From the NCBI GenBank assembly GCA_963750845.1, contig CAVVSP010000010.1:32932-96931 (forward strand): DNA of 64,000 nt, read 5' to 3'. Both the position numbers and the translations under genes were made by a program. Numbering within the stretch: the stretch's first letter is position 1; every line of letters starts with the position of its first letter. The notes below the pieces were generated by a model. It was not told the DNA's origin. It made no database searches and saw only the letters and a list, made by a program, of their open reading frames with translations. Positions 41,499 through 50,942 of the stretch are shown piece by piece. The DNA comes from an uncultured Acidobacteriaceae bacterium (GTDB taxonomy: Bacteria > Acidobacteriota > Terriglobia > Terriglobales > Acidobacteriaceae).

Positions 41499-43541
41499 AT
41501 GTCATCTCTCCGCGCCACGCTGCTCATCGCTTCTGCCTCGTTCCTCGTGTGTTCCTCCCGCGCGCAAATCAGCGTTGTCAAACCGATACCTGCCCGAGCC
41601 ACGATTGCGATAGACGCAGGGAAACCTGCAGGGGCGCCCATTCCCCGAACAATCTTTGGCAGCTTCCTTGAACCCATTGGTAACTCTACCTACCACGGCC
41701 TGTGGGCGGAGCTTCTGGTGAACCCATCGCTCGAGGAGAATTTGTGGAGCGCGAGCAATCTGGAAACGATGGTGCATGAACATCCGGAGCTGACGCGAGC
41801 GTCCGCACTCGGTCTGCCGTTGCCGTGGGAGCCTCTGGACCCCAAACAGGGCAACCGCTATGAGCCGAGATGGGGAAATGCCGCGAACTCCTGGAGATCG
41901 CTCGTCGTGATGGGGGTGCAGGGGCAACCTACCGGCATTGAGCAGGAGGTCTATCTTCCCGCACAGCGCGAACTCAACTACAAAGGTAGCTTCTTTGCGC
42001 GCCATGTCAGCGGACCATCGACCCTGACCGTATCGCTTCGAATGCGGAACGGCGATGTACTTGCGTCGGCGACGGTGGACGCAACCGCTGAACAGTGGAA
42101 GCAATATGACTTCCAACTTCAAGTGCCAGCGGACAGACTGCATCGTCTTGAGCCTGCGGACTTCGTAGTGGAAGTCGCTGGCGATGAGCGTGTCGACCTG
42201 GACCAGTTTTCTCTTATGCCGGCGGATGCGATCGATGGACTCGATCCTGATGAAGTAGCGATGGCCAAGGCAATGGAGACGCCATTGGTGCGATTTGGCG
42301 GCAACTTCACCTCGGGTTATCACTGGCGGGACGGGGTCGGTCCGCGCGAGAGACGCGTCAACATGCTGAATATTGCGTGGGGTATTCCCGAGTACAACAC
42401 ATTCGGCACGGACGAATTCCTTCATTTTTGCGAGTTGATCGGCGCCGAGCCGCAGGTCGCATTGAACCTGGGTAGTGGCACGCCGCAGGAGGCCGCGGAT
42501 TGGGTTCGCTATGTGGATGAGCACTGGCATCAGCACGGCGGTTTGCTGTGGGAACTGGGCAATGAGCTGTGGGGCGAGTGGAACGTTGGCTGGCCCACCA
42601 GGGATGAGATCGCTGACCGTACGCTCGCCTTCAGTAAGGCGGTTCGCGCCGTCGATCCAACCGCCAAGTTAATCGCGACAGGCGGCGATCCGGATTGGTT
42701 CAACTCGTGGAATGCGCATCAATTGTCGAACCCAGCCGGCACCTTCGACTACCTCTCGACTCATTTCGTCGTTACGAATACCCAGACGAAGCTTGCGCAT
42801 CCGTCGACCGATTTTATGACGCAGGCGGCCTTCGCCTTACCCGTGGAGCTTGGACGGAAGCTGCGCGCCGACCAGCAGCAGATCGATGAGCATCCGGCCT
42901 TTGCGCATCGGGCGCATGTTGCCTTCACGGAATGGCTCTTCATCGGGAATCGGGCCGGCGTCCCCAGCTTCCGCAACATGGGTGGGGCCGTGGATACGGC
43001 TGGCTTCTTCAACATGCTCATGCGCAACACCGACGTCGTGCCAATCTCAGACATGACGGGCATCATGGAGTTTGCCGGTATTTGGAAGAGCCGTGGCCAG
43101 GTCTACGGAGCACCTGGTTACTATGCATTCCGCATGTATTCGAGTGCTCACCCTACGTCCCCGGTAGAAGCGGTAAGCGATGCCGGAAGCTACTCGGTCA
43201 AGAACGGCGTCGAGCGTCTTCCTGAGATCGAGAATGTGCCCTACCTGGATGTGACTGCAGCGCTCGGAGATTCGAAGAAGACACTCTCCATCTTTTGCGT
43301 AAATCGGAGTTTGAATACTGACATCCCTGCAGATATCGCGGTACGAGAGTTTGCGGGCAATGCGAATGCGGAAGTGCAAACACTGCAAAGCGCAAGCATC
43401 GGCGATGAGAACGATGACGATGACCCGGAGCGGGTTGTCCCGGTGACCACTCAAGAGAAAGTGGTGAACGGCCACATGCAGCATGTGTTTCCGCACGAGA
43501 GCGTGACTGTCATCACGCTGCATGCGCGCGATGGAAGATAA
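41499..43541 (+). CDS. Secreted GH51 alpha-L-arabinofuranosidase with an inserted CBM-like domain
   Basis: Signal peptide; IFGSFLE, RFGGNFTSGYHWRDGVGP, FGTDEF, WELGNE (acid/base) and AFTEW (nucleophile). Confidence 0.88.
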   Translation: MSSLRATLLIASASFLVCSSRAQISVVKPIPARATIAIDAGKPAGAPIPRTIFGSFLEPIGNSTYHGLWAELLVNPSLEENLWSASNLETMVHEHPELTRASALGLPLPWEPLDPKQGNRYEPRWGNAANSWRSLVVMGVQGQPTGIEQEVYLPAQRELNYKGSFFARHVSGPSTLTVSLRMRNGDVLASATVDATAEQWKQYDFQLQVPADRLHRLEPADFVVEVAGDERVDLDQFSLMPADAIDGLDPDEVAMAKAMETPLVRFGGNFTSGYHWRDGVGPRERRVNMLNIAWGIPEYNTFGTDEFLHFCELIGAEPQVALNLGSGTPQEAADWVRYVDEHWHQHGGLLWELGNELWGEWNVGWPTRDEIADRTLAFSKAVRAVDPTAKLIATGGDPDWFNSWNAHQLSNPAGTFDYLSTHFVVTNTQTKLAHPSTDFMTQAAFALPVELGRKLRADQQQIDEHPAFAHRAHVAFTEWLFIGNRAGVPSFRNMGGAVDTAGFFNMLMRNTDVVPISDMTGIMEFAGIWKSRGQVYGAPGYYAFRMYSSAHPTSPVEAVSDAGSYSVKNGVERLPEIENVPYLDVTAALGDSKKTLSIFCVNRSLNTDIPADIAVREFAGNANAEVQTLQSASIGDENDDDDPERVVPVTTQEKVVNGHMQHVFPHESVTVITLHARDGR

Positions 43542-43562
43542 CACCGGTCGGTGTGAGATAGC

Positions 43563-44208
43563 CTATTCCGGCATGCGGACCAGGCCCTGCTGGATGGCGG
43601 CTGTTGCCGCCTCCGTCCGGCCTGAGACGTCAAGCTTCCGGATGACGCTGTTGATGTGATTGCGCGCGGTGTTTTCACTGATTCCCAGGGCATTTCCGAT
43701 CTGCTTGTTAGTGAGCCCCGCGCACGACCATCTCCAAAATCTCCAACTCTCTTTGTGTGAGCGCCGAACGCACCATGCGCTCCGCGAGTCGCGCAGCAAT
43801 ACGCGGCGGTATGTGATGTCTTCCGCTATGCACCGCTTGAATTGCGGTGACGATCTCCGCCTGCGGCGTGCTCTTCAGCAGATAGCCTTGAGCGCCGGCC
43901 TCGATCGCGCGATAGATCTCCTCGTCGGACTCGTAACTCGTCAACACGAGGGCCTTGGGCGGGAGAGGTTTTGTGCGAATAGCATTGAGCAGCTCGATCC
44001 CTGTCATGCCGGGCATCCGGAGATCGAGCAACAGGACATCTGGTTGCTCGCGATCGATGAGTTCCAGTGCTTCTTCGCCGGTGGAAGCTGCACCGGAGAC
44101 AGTGAGGCCCGGAATAGACGAAAGCATACTGGCCAGTCCTGCGCGCACGACGGGATGGTCGTCCACGACGAGGATACGGATATTGCCGAATATCTTCGTG
44201 GTGGTCAC
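43563..44208 (-). CDS. NarL/LuxR-family response regulator; one apparent extra base at 43716-43719
   Basis: IRILVVDDHPVVRAGL, LLDLRMP, GYLLK; removing one G joins LTQRELEILEMVVRG to LTNKQIGNALGISENT. The start could extend to 44304. Confidence 0.9.
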
Positions 44209-44403
44209 GGGTTGTTCTTTTTCCAGCGATGCAGTCGAACTCTTTTGCTCAGAGTTGTGCCCGCCGTCTCGTGACAGTGACATGTGTTGTCGTTTTGGAG
44301 CCATAGTTCATATGTACTAGATGCGGCTGGGCCGGGTGTACTCATGCGTATCCTACCTTGCGGCAGGTGCAACACGTTCGAATGCCTCTAGAACAGCGAT
44401 ACC

Positions 44404-45618
44404 ATGACCTTGGAGCGTGCGCCCAGCCTTCTTCTTGCAATGCAGCGAATTCTCATTCTCGTACTCCGATGCTCTGCGGCCGGGCTGCTTGCATCCACTC
44501 TTATCGTGGCGGCGCAGACGCCGGAGACTCTCCAACGCGCTCGTGGCCTTCTCGAGCACGGCCATCTGGCTGACGCAAGTCATACGCTGGATTCACTTTT
44601 GCAGCGGCATCCCGGCAATACCGATGCGTGGACGCTGCTTGGAGTCGTACGAGCACAACAGCATGAGCCCGCGAAGGCCGAGGAGTGCTTCCGTAAGGCG
44701 CTTTCGATCAGACCGGATCTCACCTCGGCGCAGACTAATCTCGGTCACCTGTTGCTGGACGAGCATCGGCAATCCGAAGCGCTCCCCTATCTTACGAGCG
44801 CGCTGAAAAGCGACGGCGGCAACAGCCAGCTTCGCCAGATGCTGGTGAGTGCTGCAGAGGGAACCGCAATTCAACGGCGTGCCCACGGAGACCGCGACGG
44901 CGCGCTTGCGACTCTTCTGTCTGCCAAGGCTGAAGCTCCGCACAGCTTTCCTCTCTTGCTGGACTTGAGCATCCTCGAGGACGAACTCCGGCTGCTCCGC
45001 GACGCGGACAGCGACATTCACGAAGCGCGGTCGATCCATCCGGAGGATTTGAGGGCTCTCTACGCTGAAGCCCGCGTCAAGATGGATCTCCAGGACATGC
45101 CGTCGGCGGAACGGGATATGCGCGCCTATCTCCAGGCTCGCCCGGAGGATGCAACCGCTCATTATGGGCTGGGTCGGATTTTGCAGATTACGCAGCGCGT
45201 GGACGAAGCCAAGGCTGAGTTCGAACGGTCCATCAGATTAGCGCCCAACCAGGCAGAGTCCTACTATCAGATCGGTCAGATGGCGCTCGACAACGGCGAC
45301 TACGCCCTGGCCCGACAGGATTGCAGCAAGGCCCTGGAGCACGATCCAAAGCATGGGGGCGCCTTGACGGCGCTGGGAATCGCAGCCTTTCGACAGAAAC
45401 AGTATGGTGAGGCTATCCAATCGCTTCAGGCAGCAATTGCGGCTGCACCCGAATATCAGCCGGCGCATTACTACTACGGCCTCGCGCTGGCAAAGAGCGG
45501 ACAGAAGGAGGCGTCTGAGCATGAACTGAAAGTCGCTGCTCAGATGGCGGATGAACAGAACCGCAGGGAGGCACAGCGGCTGCAGCTTGCCCCAGGTGCG
45601 TCGGGGCCACAGCCATGA
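44404..45618 (+). CDS. Secreted tetratricopeptide-repeat protein
   Basis: Signal-like N-terminus (start may be 44440); repeated TPR units AWTLLG, AQTNLG, AHYGLG, SYYQIG, AHYYYG. Confidence 0.88.
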   Translation: MTLERAPSLLLAMQRILILVLRCSAAGLLASTLIVAAQTPETLQRARGLLEHGHLADASHTLDSLLQRHPGNTDAWTLLGVVRAQQHEPAKAEECFRKALSIRPDLTSAQTNLGHLLLDEHRQSEALPYLTSALKSDGGNSQLRQMLVSAAEGTAIQRRAHGDRDGALATLLSAKAEAPHSFPLLLDLSILEDELRLLRDADSDIHEARSIHPEDLRALYAEARVKMDLQDMPSAERDMRAYLQARPEDATAHYGLGRILQITQRVDEAKAEFERSIRLAPNQAESYYQIGQMALDNGDYALARQDCSKALEHDPKHGGALTALGIAAFRQKQYGEAIQSLQAAIAAAPEYQPAHYYYGLALAKSGQKEASEHELKVAAQMADEQNRREAQRLQLAPGASGPQP

Positions 45619-45730
45619 TCGCGCCTTGACCTGTATGGTTCTCTTGAATGTCGGGCGTGCTTGTCACCACGCCAGGACGTAAGCTAGAGCATTCGCGCAA
45701 ATATGCCGCCGAATTGAGGGAACCGTACGG

Positions 45731-47236
45731 ATGCTGCCCACTACGCCACTTGCGCACCAGGACGCTGGAACCACGCCGCCTACGGAATTTCGCCGCGCAT
45801 TGGGCCTGTTTGACTCGGTGATGGTGGTGGCCGGCATCATGGTTGGTTCCGGCATCTTCATCGTCAGCGCGGAGATTTCACGACAGGTTGGCAGCGCCGG
45901 CTGGCTGCTGGTGGCCTGGGTCATCACGGGAGTCCTTACATTCGCGGGCGCGCTTTCGTATGGCGAGCTCGCCGCGATGCTGCCCGAAGCTGGCGGCATG
46001 TATGTTTATCTGCGCGAAGCCTTTTCGCCGCTTCTGGGTTTTCTCTACGGCTGGACGCTGCTGACGGTCATTCAGACGGGCACCATCGCCGCAGTGGGCA
46101 TCGCCTTCGCGCGTTTCAGCGGCATACTCTTTCCATCCATTCGTGAAGATAAATATTTGATTGCGCCGGTGCACGTGTTGCCCGGCTATGCGCTCTCACT
46201 GTCCACCGCGCAACTGCTGGCTATCGCCATCATCGTTCTCATCACGGTGTTCAACACCTACGGCGTGCAGTGGGGCAAGTTGATCCAGAATGTCTTCACC
46301 GTTGCCAAACTTGGCGGTATGGCGGCTCTGCTGGTTTTGGGCGCTATTGTGGCGTTCCTGCACCCGGCCGTGCTCCGCGCGAATTTTGCGGCGCCGTGGC
46401 ATCCGGTAAATGTCACGCCAATTCACGGCCTGGAGGCGACCACCGCTTTTGGGTTGTTCGTAGCCCTCTGCGTTTCCCAAACAGGTTCGCTATTCTCGGC
46501 GGACTCCTGGCATGACATCACCTTTGTCGCGGCTGAGGTGAAAAACCCAAAGCGCAACCTCCCATTAGCGCTGGCGATTGGTACATCGAGCGTCATCATC
46601 CTCTATCTGCTTTGCAACCTTTGCTACCTTGCAGCGCTGCCAATGCACGCCATTCAGACTGCTCCGCAAGATCGCGTTGCCACGTTAACGGTGGATGCGG
46701 TACTTCCGGGACTCGGCCAAGTAGCCATGAGCATTCTCATCATGGTGTCAACGTTCGGCACAGTGAATGCGTTGACGTTGGCTGGTGGTCGCGCCTGTTA
46801 TGCGATGGCGCAGGATGGTTTGTTCTTCCGCCGCGCCGGCGTGTTGAACCGCGCCCGCGTCCCCGGGTGGGCACTCGCGATGCAATGTTTCTGGTCCGCC
46901 TTCCTGGTGCTGCCCCGAACTCATGACCGGGTAACAGGAGCCTACGGCAATCTTTACAGCAACCTGCTCGACTACGTGATTTCAGCGGCGCTCATCTTTT
47001 ACATCCTCACCGTAGCCGGCCTCTTTCGTCTGCGCCGCACGCGACCAGACGCGAATCGTCCCTATCGCACATGGGGCTATCCCTGGCTTCCCGCGCTCTA
47101 CATTGCCGGCGCGGCAGTGATTCTTGCTGTGCTCTTTGTCTATCGAACAACGACGACGTGGCCCGGCCTGCTGATTATCGCCAGCGGCGTGCCCATCTAT
47201 CTCGCGATCCGCCGCAAGACGCATGACGCCACATGA
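45731..47236 (+). CDS. APC-superfamily amino acid permease
   Basis: GIMVGSGIF, YGELAAMLPEAGGMYVYL, AEVKNPKRNLP, RPYRTWGYP; about 12 TM segments. Confidence 0.94.
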   Translation: MLPTTPLAHQDAGTTPPTEFRRALGLFDSVMVVAGIMVGSGIFIVSAEISRQVGSAGWLLVAWVITGVLTFAGALSYGELAAMLPEAGGMYVYLREAFSPLLGFLYGWTLLTVIQTGTIAAVGIAFARFSGILFPSIREDKYLIAPVHVLPGYALSLSTAQLLAIAIIVLITVFNTYGVQWGKLIQNVFTVAKLGGMAALLVLGAIVAFLHPAVLRANFAAPWHPVNVTPIHGLEATTAFGLFVALCVSQTGSLFSADSWHDITFVAAEVKNPKRNLPLALAIGTSSVIILYLLCNLCYLAALPMHAIQTAPQDRVATLTVDAVLPGLGQVAMSILIMVSTFGTVNALTLAGGRACYAMAQDGLFFRRAGVLNRARVPGWALAMQCFWSAFLVLPRTHDRVTGAYGNLYSNLLDYVISAALIFYILTVAGLFRLRRTRPDANRPYRTWGYPWLPALYIAGAAVILAVLFVYRTTTTWPGLLIIASGVPIYLAIRRKTHDAT

Positions 47237-47247
47237 CAGAGCCTGTC

Positions 47248-48552
47248 TTACTGATTCGAGGCCGGACGAATCGGGCCAGCGCCCATCGCCGACAGCGGAA
47301 CAGGAAGCAACGGTGGCCGCACGGATGAGTTGCACCAGCCGAACAAAACCTCTGTCGCGGGGCCGCACACGCGCCCCTGGCACGGACCCATACCGCATCG
47401 TGTCTGCCTCTTCGCGTCGGCCCAGTTGTTAAAAGGCGCAAGCGCCGCGTAGGTCACATCTTCGCAGCGACACACAATGGTGTCCGGCTGCGCGAGGCCA
47501 AGCAGCTCGGGGCGAAGCGCGAAGGCTGCCTTCAGCCGCGCCGCAAATCGCCCCAGCTTCTGCCGACGAGGTAGCAGCGCCTTCGCTTCCTCAAGCTTTG
47601 CAGCGGCAGCAAGACCAGCGATGGTTCCGGTGAGTAGCGCGGATTCTAGTCCAGCGATGCCAGTCGGCTCACCAGCAGCGAATACGTTGGTGACGGAGGT
47701 CTGCTGTGCATCATCCACTTCAATGAAGCCATCGCGCAGCGCACAGCCCACCAGGGACGCCAACTCCGTATTGGGCACCAGATGGAAGCCGCAGGCCAGC
47801 AGATCGCAGGGCTCGTCCCAGGTCCGCTGTCCATCCGTCAGGCGCACCGCTTCGACCCTTTCTGTTCCCAGGACAGCAAGTGGCCAGCATCCGAGCCTGT
47901 AAGTACTGCCTCCCGTTGCAGCCCGATATTGCAGTCCCTCGAGCAGCTTTCCCGGCTGACGAGACAAGAAAGCGCTGAAGCGTGCCAATTGCCCGCGGCT
48001 CGCCTGCTCAGCCACGGTTGTGACACGCGCACCCATCTGCCGCAGATGTGCCGCCACGGGCAGGAGCAGCGGACCGCTGCCGGCGACGACGATGCGCTTG
48101 CCCGTGACAGAGAATCCGCCGCGCGCCAGTGCCTGCAGACCGCCCGCACCAAAGACGCCCGGCAGTGTCCATCCCGGAAAGGGTAGAAATCGTTCGCGCG
48201 CGCCTGTAGCCAGCACAAGACGCTCGTATGAGATATCGGTGGTATGAGTGTCAGAACCGTTCTCATAGAGAACGCGCAGGGTCCCCTGGCGCGGCGCATC
48301 AAAGACGCTCCAGCCGGAGAAGACGCGAGCTCCGGAAACCCGCAACGCCAGCAGCGTCTTCCGTTTCACGGTGTCGGATTCTTCCTCATGACCGGTTGTG
48401 GCTTCGCGCCAGATCTGCCCTCCCGGCGCAAGGTTGTCATCCAGCAGCAGGACCTGCCGTCCGTGGGTAGCTGCGGTTGCAGCCGCGGCAATGCCGGCAG
48501 GGCCTGCACCGACGACCAAGACCTCCGTGTCCATGCTCGTTTCTGGGCTCAT
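47248..48552 (-). CDS. FAD/NAD(P) oxidoreductase; alpha-type subunit of heteromeric D-hydroxyproline dehydrogenase
   Basis: VVGAGPAG, ATGARER, PGWTLPGV; C-terminal CRCE...RCGMGPCQGRVC iron-sulfur motif. Confidence 0.85.
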   Translation of the reverse strand: MSPETSMDTEVLVVGAGPAGIAAAATAATHGRQVLLLDDNLAPGGQIWREATTGHEEESDTVKRKTLLALRVSGARVFSGWSVFDAPRQGTLRVLYENGSDTHTTDISYERLVLATGARERFLPFPGWTLPGVFGAGGLQALARGGFSVTGKRIVVAGSGPLLLPVAAHLRQMGARVTTVAEQASRGQLARFSAFLSRQPGKLLEGLQYRAATGGSTYRLGCWPLAVLGTERVEAVRLTDGQRTWDEPCDLLACGFHLVPNTELASLVGCALRDGFIEVDDAQQTSVTNVFAAGEPTGIAGLESALLTGTIAGLAAAAKLEEAKALLPRRQKLGRFAARLKAAFALRPELLGLAQPDTIVCRCEDVTYAALAPFNNWADAKRQTRCGMGPCQGRVCGPATEVLFGWCNSSVRPPLLPVPLSAMGAGPIRPASNQ

Positions 48553-48586
48553 TTCGCTTCTGGGCTCATTTTCGTTCCGGGCTCAT
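48535..48586 (-). repeat. Three tandem copies (17, 17 and 18 nt) of ATGAGCCCRGAA at a gene junction
   Basis: Minus strand: ATGAGCCCGGAACGAAA, ATGAGCCCAGAAGCGAA, ATGAGCCCAGAAACGAGC. Confidence 0.9.
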
Positions 48587-48825
48587 CGCGTTTCCACGAC
48601 CATGCCGGAATGGCAAAGCAGTTGACAGGTACGGCGATGTGGAACTCCGTCGACAGTGGCGCGACACTCAAAGCAGATACCCATGCCACACAGTGCCGTG
48701 CGCAATTGCCCGCTGACCGATCTGCGGCAGGGGGTGCTCGCTGTCAGCAGTGCCGCACTTACCACGGTGCCGGATTTCACCTGGACTTCGCGCCCGTTGA
48801 TGGTGATGGTGAGCAACTCAGGCAA
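48583..48825 (-). CDS. Small 2Fe-2S subunit (gamma-type) of the dehydrogenase
   Basis: TTG start after GGAGG; CGMGICFEC and RRTCQ cysteine pattern. Confidence 0.88.
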   Translation of the reverse strand: MPELLTITINGREVQVKSGTVVSAALLTASTPCRRSVSGQLRTALCGMGICFECRATVDGVPHRRTCQLLCHSGMVVETR

Positions 48826-49939
48826 GGATTGCCTCCGTGCGCGCCATGCGTTCGGGCAGGTACGGCGTCGGATCGATTGCGGTCTTTCGCGCGAGCAGTT
48901 GATCGGCGAGCAGCCGCGCCGCCGCTGGCGCGACCGTGATGCCCAATCCTTCAAAACCCGCCAACAGGTAGAGTGTGGGATCGTGTGTAGGGCCGATCAG
49001 CGGCAACTTGTCCGACGTGGCTGCACGGAAACCCGTCCAGACGCGGGTAGCCGAAAGTGAGCCCAGTTGAGGCATGTACTCGTAGGCCCGCCGGAGCATT
49101 GCGGCAACAACGGATGCATCGACAGCCGTATCTTCCTGCCCATACTGCCGTGAAGAGCCGATGAGTAACTGGCCGGTCATACGTGGCTGGATGTTGAACG
49201 CGACAGAATCAGACACAGTCGAATGGGCGCTCTTGAGATAGCCAAGTTCGACGAGTTGATGCCGCACGAAACCGGGATATCGGTCCGTGATGACAAGGTG
49301 ACCCTTTCGCTTCTTCAGGCGGACCCAGGGAACGATGTCCATGTCGGCGCCGGTCGCAATCACAATGTGGTCACTCGCCAGGGTCGTGCCGTCGCTCAAT
49401 GCCACTGCACCGGCGCTCGCGTTTGTCACCGTTCCGTGGATCAAGCGCGCGCCAGCCCGTTGCGCCGCCTGCAAAAGATAGAGCGCCGCGGCCGGGGCAT
49501 AAAGGACCCCGTCTTCGGGCACAAGCAATGCGCCAACCAGTCCCGGCCGAAGACGCGGTTCAGCGTCGGCCAATGCTGCCGCATCCAGTAGTTCAGTACG
49601 AATCTGGGCACGTGCGTAGCCGGAACGTTTTGCGCATGCCTGCGCCATCTCCTCTTCGTCCGCCGCAATCCACAATGTGCCGCGTTCCTCATATTCCACC
49701 GCGGGCGGCAATTCCGCGGTCAGCTTCTGCCACAGGGATCGCGCGTAGTGCGTCAATGCGAGTTGTGCGGGCGAATCGTCCATGGCAACGATATGCCCCA
49801 TCCCCGCCCCGGTCGCTCCGCCTGCGGGCGCGTCGCGTTCAATCAGGGCCACCTGGACACCCGCCTCGGCAAACTCTCGCGCGCAAGCGCATCCCGCAAT
49901 GCCCGCGCCGACGATGACGACGTCAAACGCGCCCGTCAA
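48818..49939 (-). CDS. DadA/DAO-family FAD oxidoreductase; catalytic beta-type subunit of D-hydroxyproline dehydrogenase
   Basis: [44 protein letters not shown]; directly downstream of the epimerase. Confidence 0.87.
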   Translation of the reverse strand: MTGAFDVVIVGAGIAGCACAREFAEAGVQVALIERDAPAGGATGAGMGHIVAMDDSPAQLALTHYARSLWQKLTAELPPAVEYEERGTLWIAADEEEMAQACAKRSGYARAQIRTELLDAAALADAEPRLRPGLVGALLVPEDGVLYAPAAALYLLQAAQRAGARLIHGTVTNASAGAVALSDGTTLASDHIVIATGADMDIVPWVRLKKRKGHLVITDRYPGFVRHQLVELGYLKSAHSTVSDSVAFNIQPRMTGQLLIGSSRQYGQEDTAVDASVVAAMLRRAYEYMPQLGSLSATRVWTGFRAATSDKLPLIGPTHDPTLYLLAGFEGLGITVAPAAARLLADQLLARKTAIDPTPYLPERMARTEAILA

Positions 49940-50896
49940 AACCGTATTCCTTCGCGAAATGGGTCACGGTCGTCAAACAGCAATGTCGTCTCCGCGGTAA
50001 TGTACGCGCGACCCTTGATCGTTGGCGTCAAAACATCGCCGGCGATAGCCACCGAGCCTCCAAAGACCGTGCCCAATATTCCTTCCTGACGCCATATTTC
50101 TCCTGCCGCGAGCTTGCCATCAGCATACAAACAAGCCATCTTGGCGCTGGTCCCCGTACCGCAGGGAGACCGATCGAAGGCCGTGCCAGGGCAGAGGACA
50201 AAGTTGCGCCCAGAATTTGCAGGGTCCTCTGCTGGGCCGGTGAACTCGATGTGATCAATCAGGGCGCCGTTCTGAGCCCCGTATGCCGGCAGCGTCAAGG
50301 GCATGTCTCACCGCTGTCGCCGCCGCAATCAGCGCGCTTCGATTATCAATGCGCAACGCGAGGCGATGGTCAGCGACCAGGAAGAACCAGTTTCCTCCCC
50401 AGGCGATATCTCCGTGCATCAAACCCCACTCCGGGACATCTACTTCGACTCCGCTGCGGTGGCGATAGCTGGGTACATTGGTGATGGAAACGGCGCCATC
50501 GGAATGGAGCGCCGCGGCAATGGTTCCTACTGGTGTCTCAATCCCATGCGTGCCAGGTTTAAGGCGCCCAAGATACGCGAGTGTGGCGATCAGTCCGATG
50601 GAGCCGTGGCCACACATGCCCAGATAGCCCACGTCGTTGAAAAAGATAACACCGGCAGTTGCTGCGGGGTCATGCGGAGCACACAGCAGCGCGCCCACAA
50701 GGACCTCCGAACCACGCGGCTCAGAGAGTACGGCTGTGCGAAAGCTATCATGCTGCGAGCGAAATGCTTCGAGCTGAGACCGTAGACCGCCATTGCCCAA
50801 TGACGGGCCACCCGCGATCACAACACGGGTGGGCTCGCCCGCCGTGTGTGAGTCAATGATTTGCACTGATCCGCGGGCGAAGACGGCATCTTCCAT
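49936..50896 (-). CDS. 4-hydroxyproline 2-epimerase (proline racemase family); one apparent extra base near 50271
   Basis: [10 protein letters not shown]; catalytic MCGH and DRSPCGTG; [10 protein letters not shown] and NFVLCPG are of the epimerase type. Removing one A joins GIRGSD to GALIDHIE. Confidence 0.9.
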
Positions 50897-50942
50897 GGGA
50901 GGATTGTAGCCTTTGACCTCCGTCCGGCTGTTCTTGCGACTC

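Noticed and set aside
48535-48590. CRISPR-like mini array
   Set aside because: Units are 17-18 nt and nearly adjacent, with no spacer-length inserts and no cas genes.
47248-49939. HCN synthase (hcnABC) or opine oxidase, which share this three-subunit architecture
   Set aside because: The genes overlap a hydroxyproline epimerase gene, which points to D-hydroxyproline dehydrogenase.
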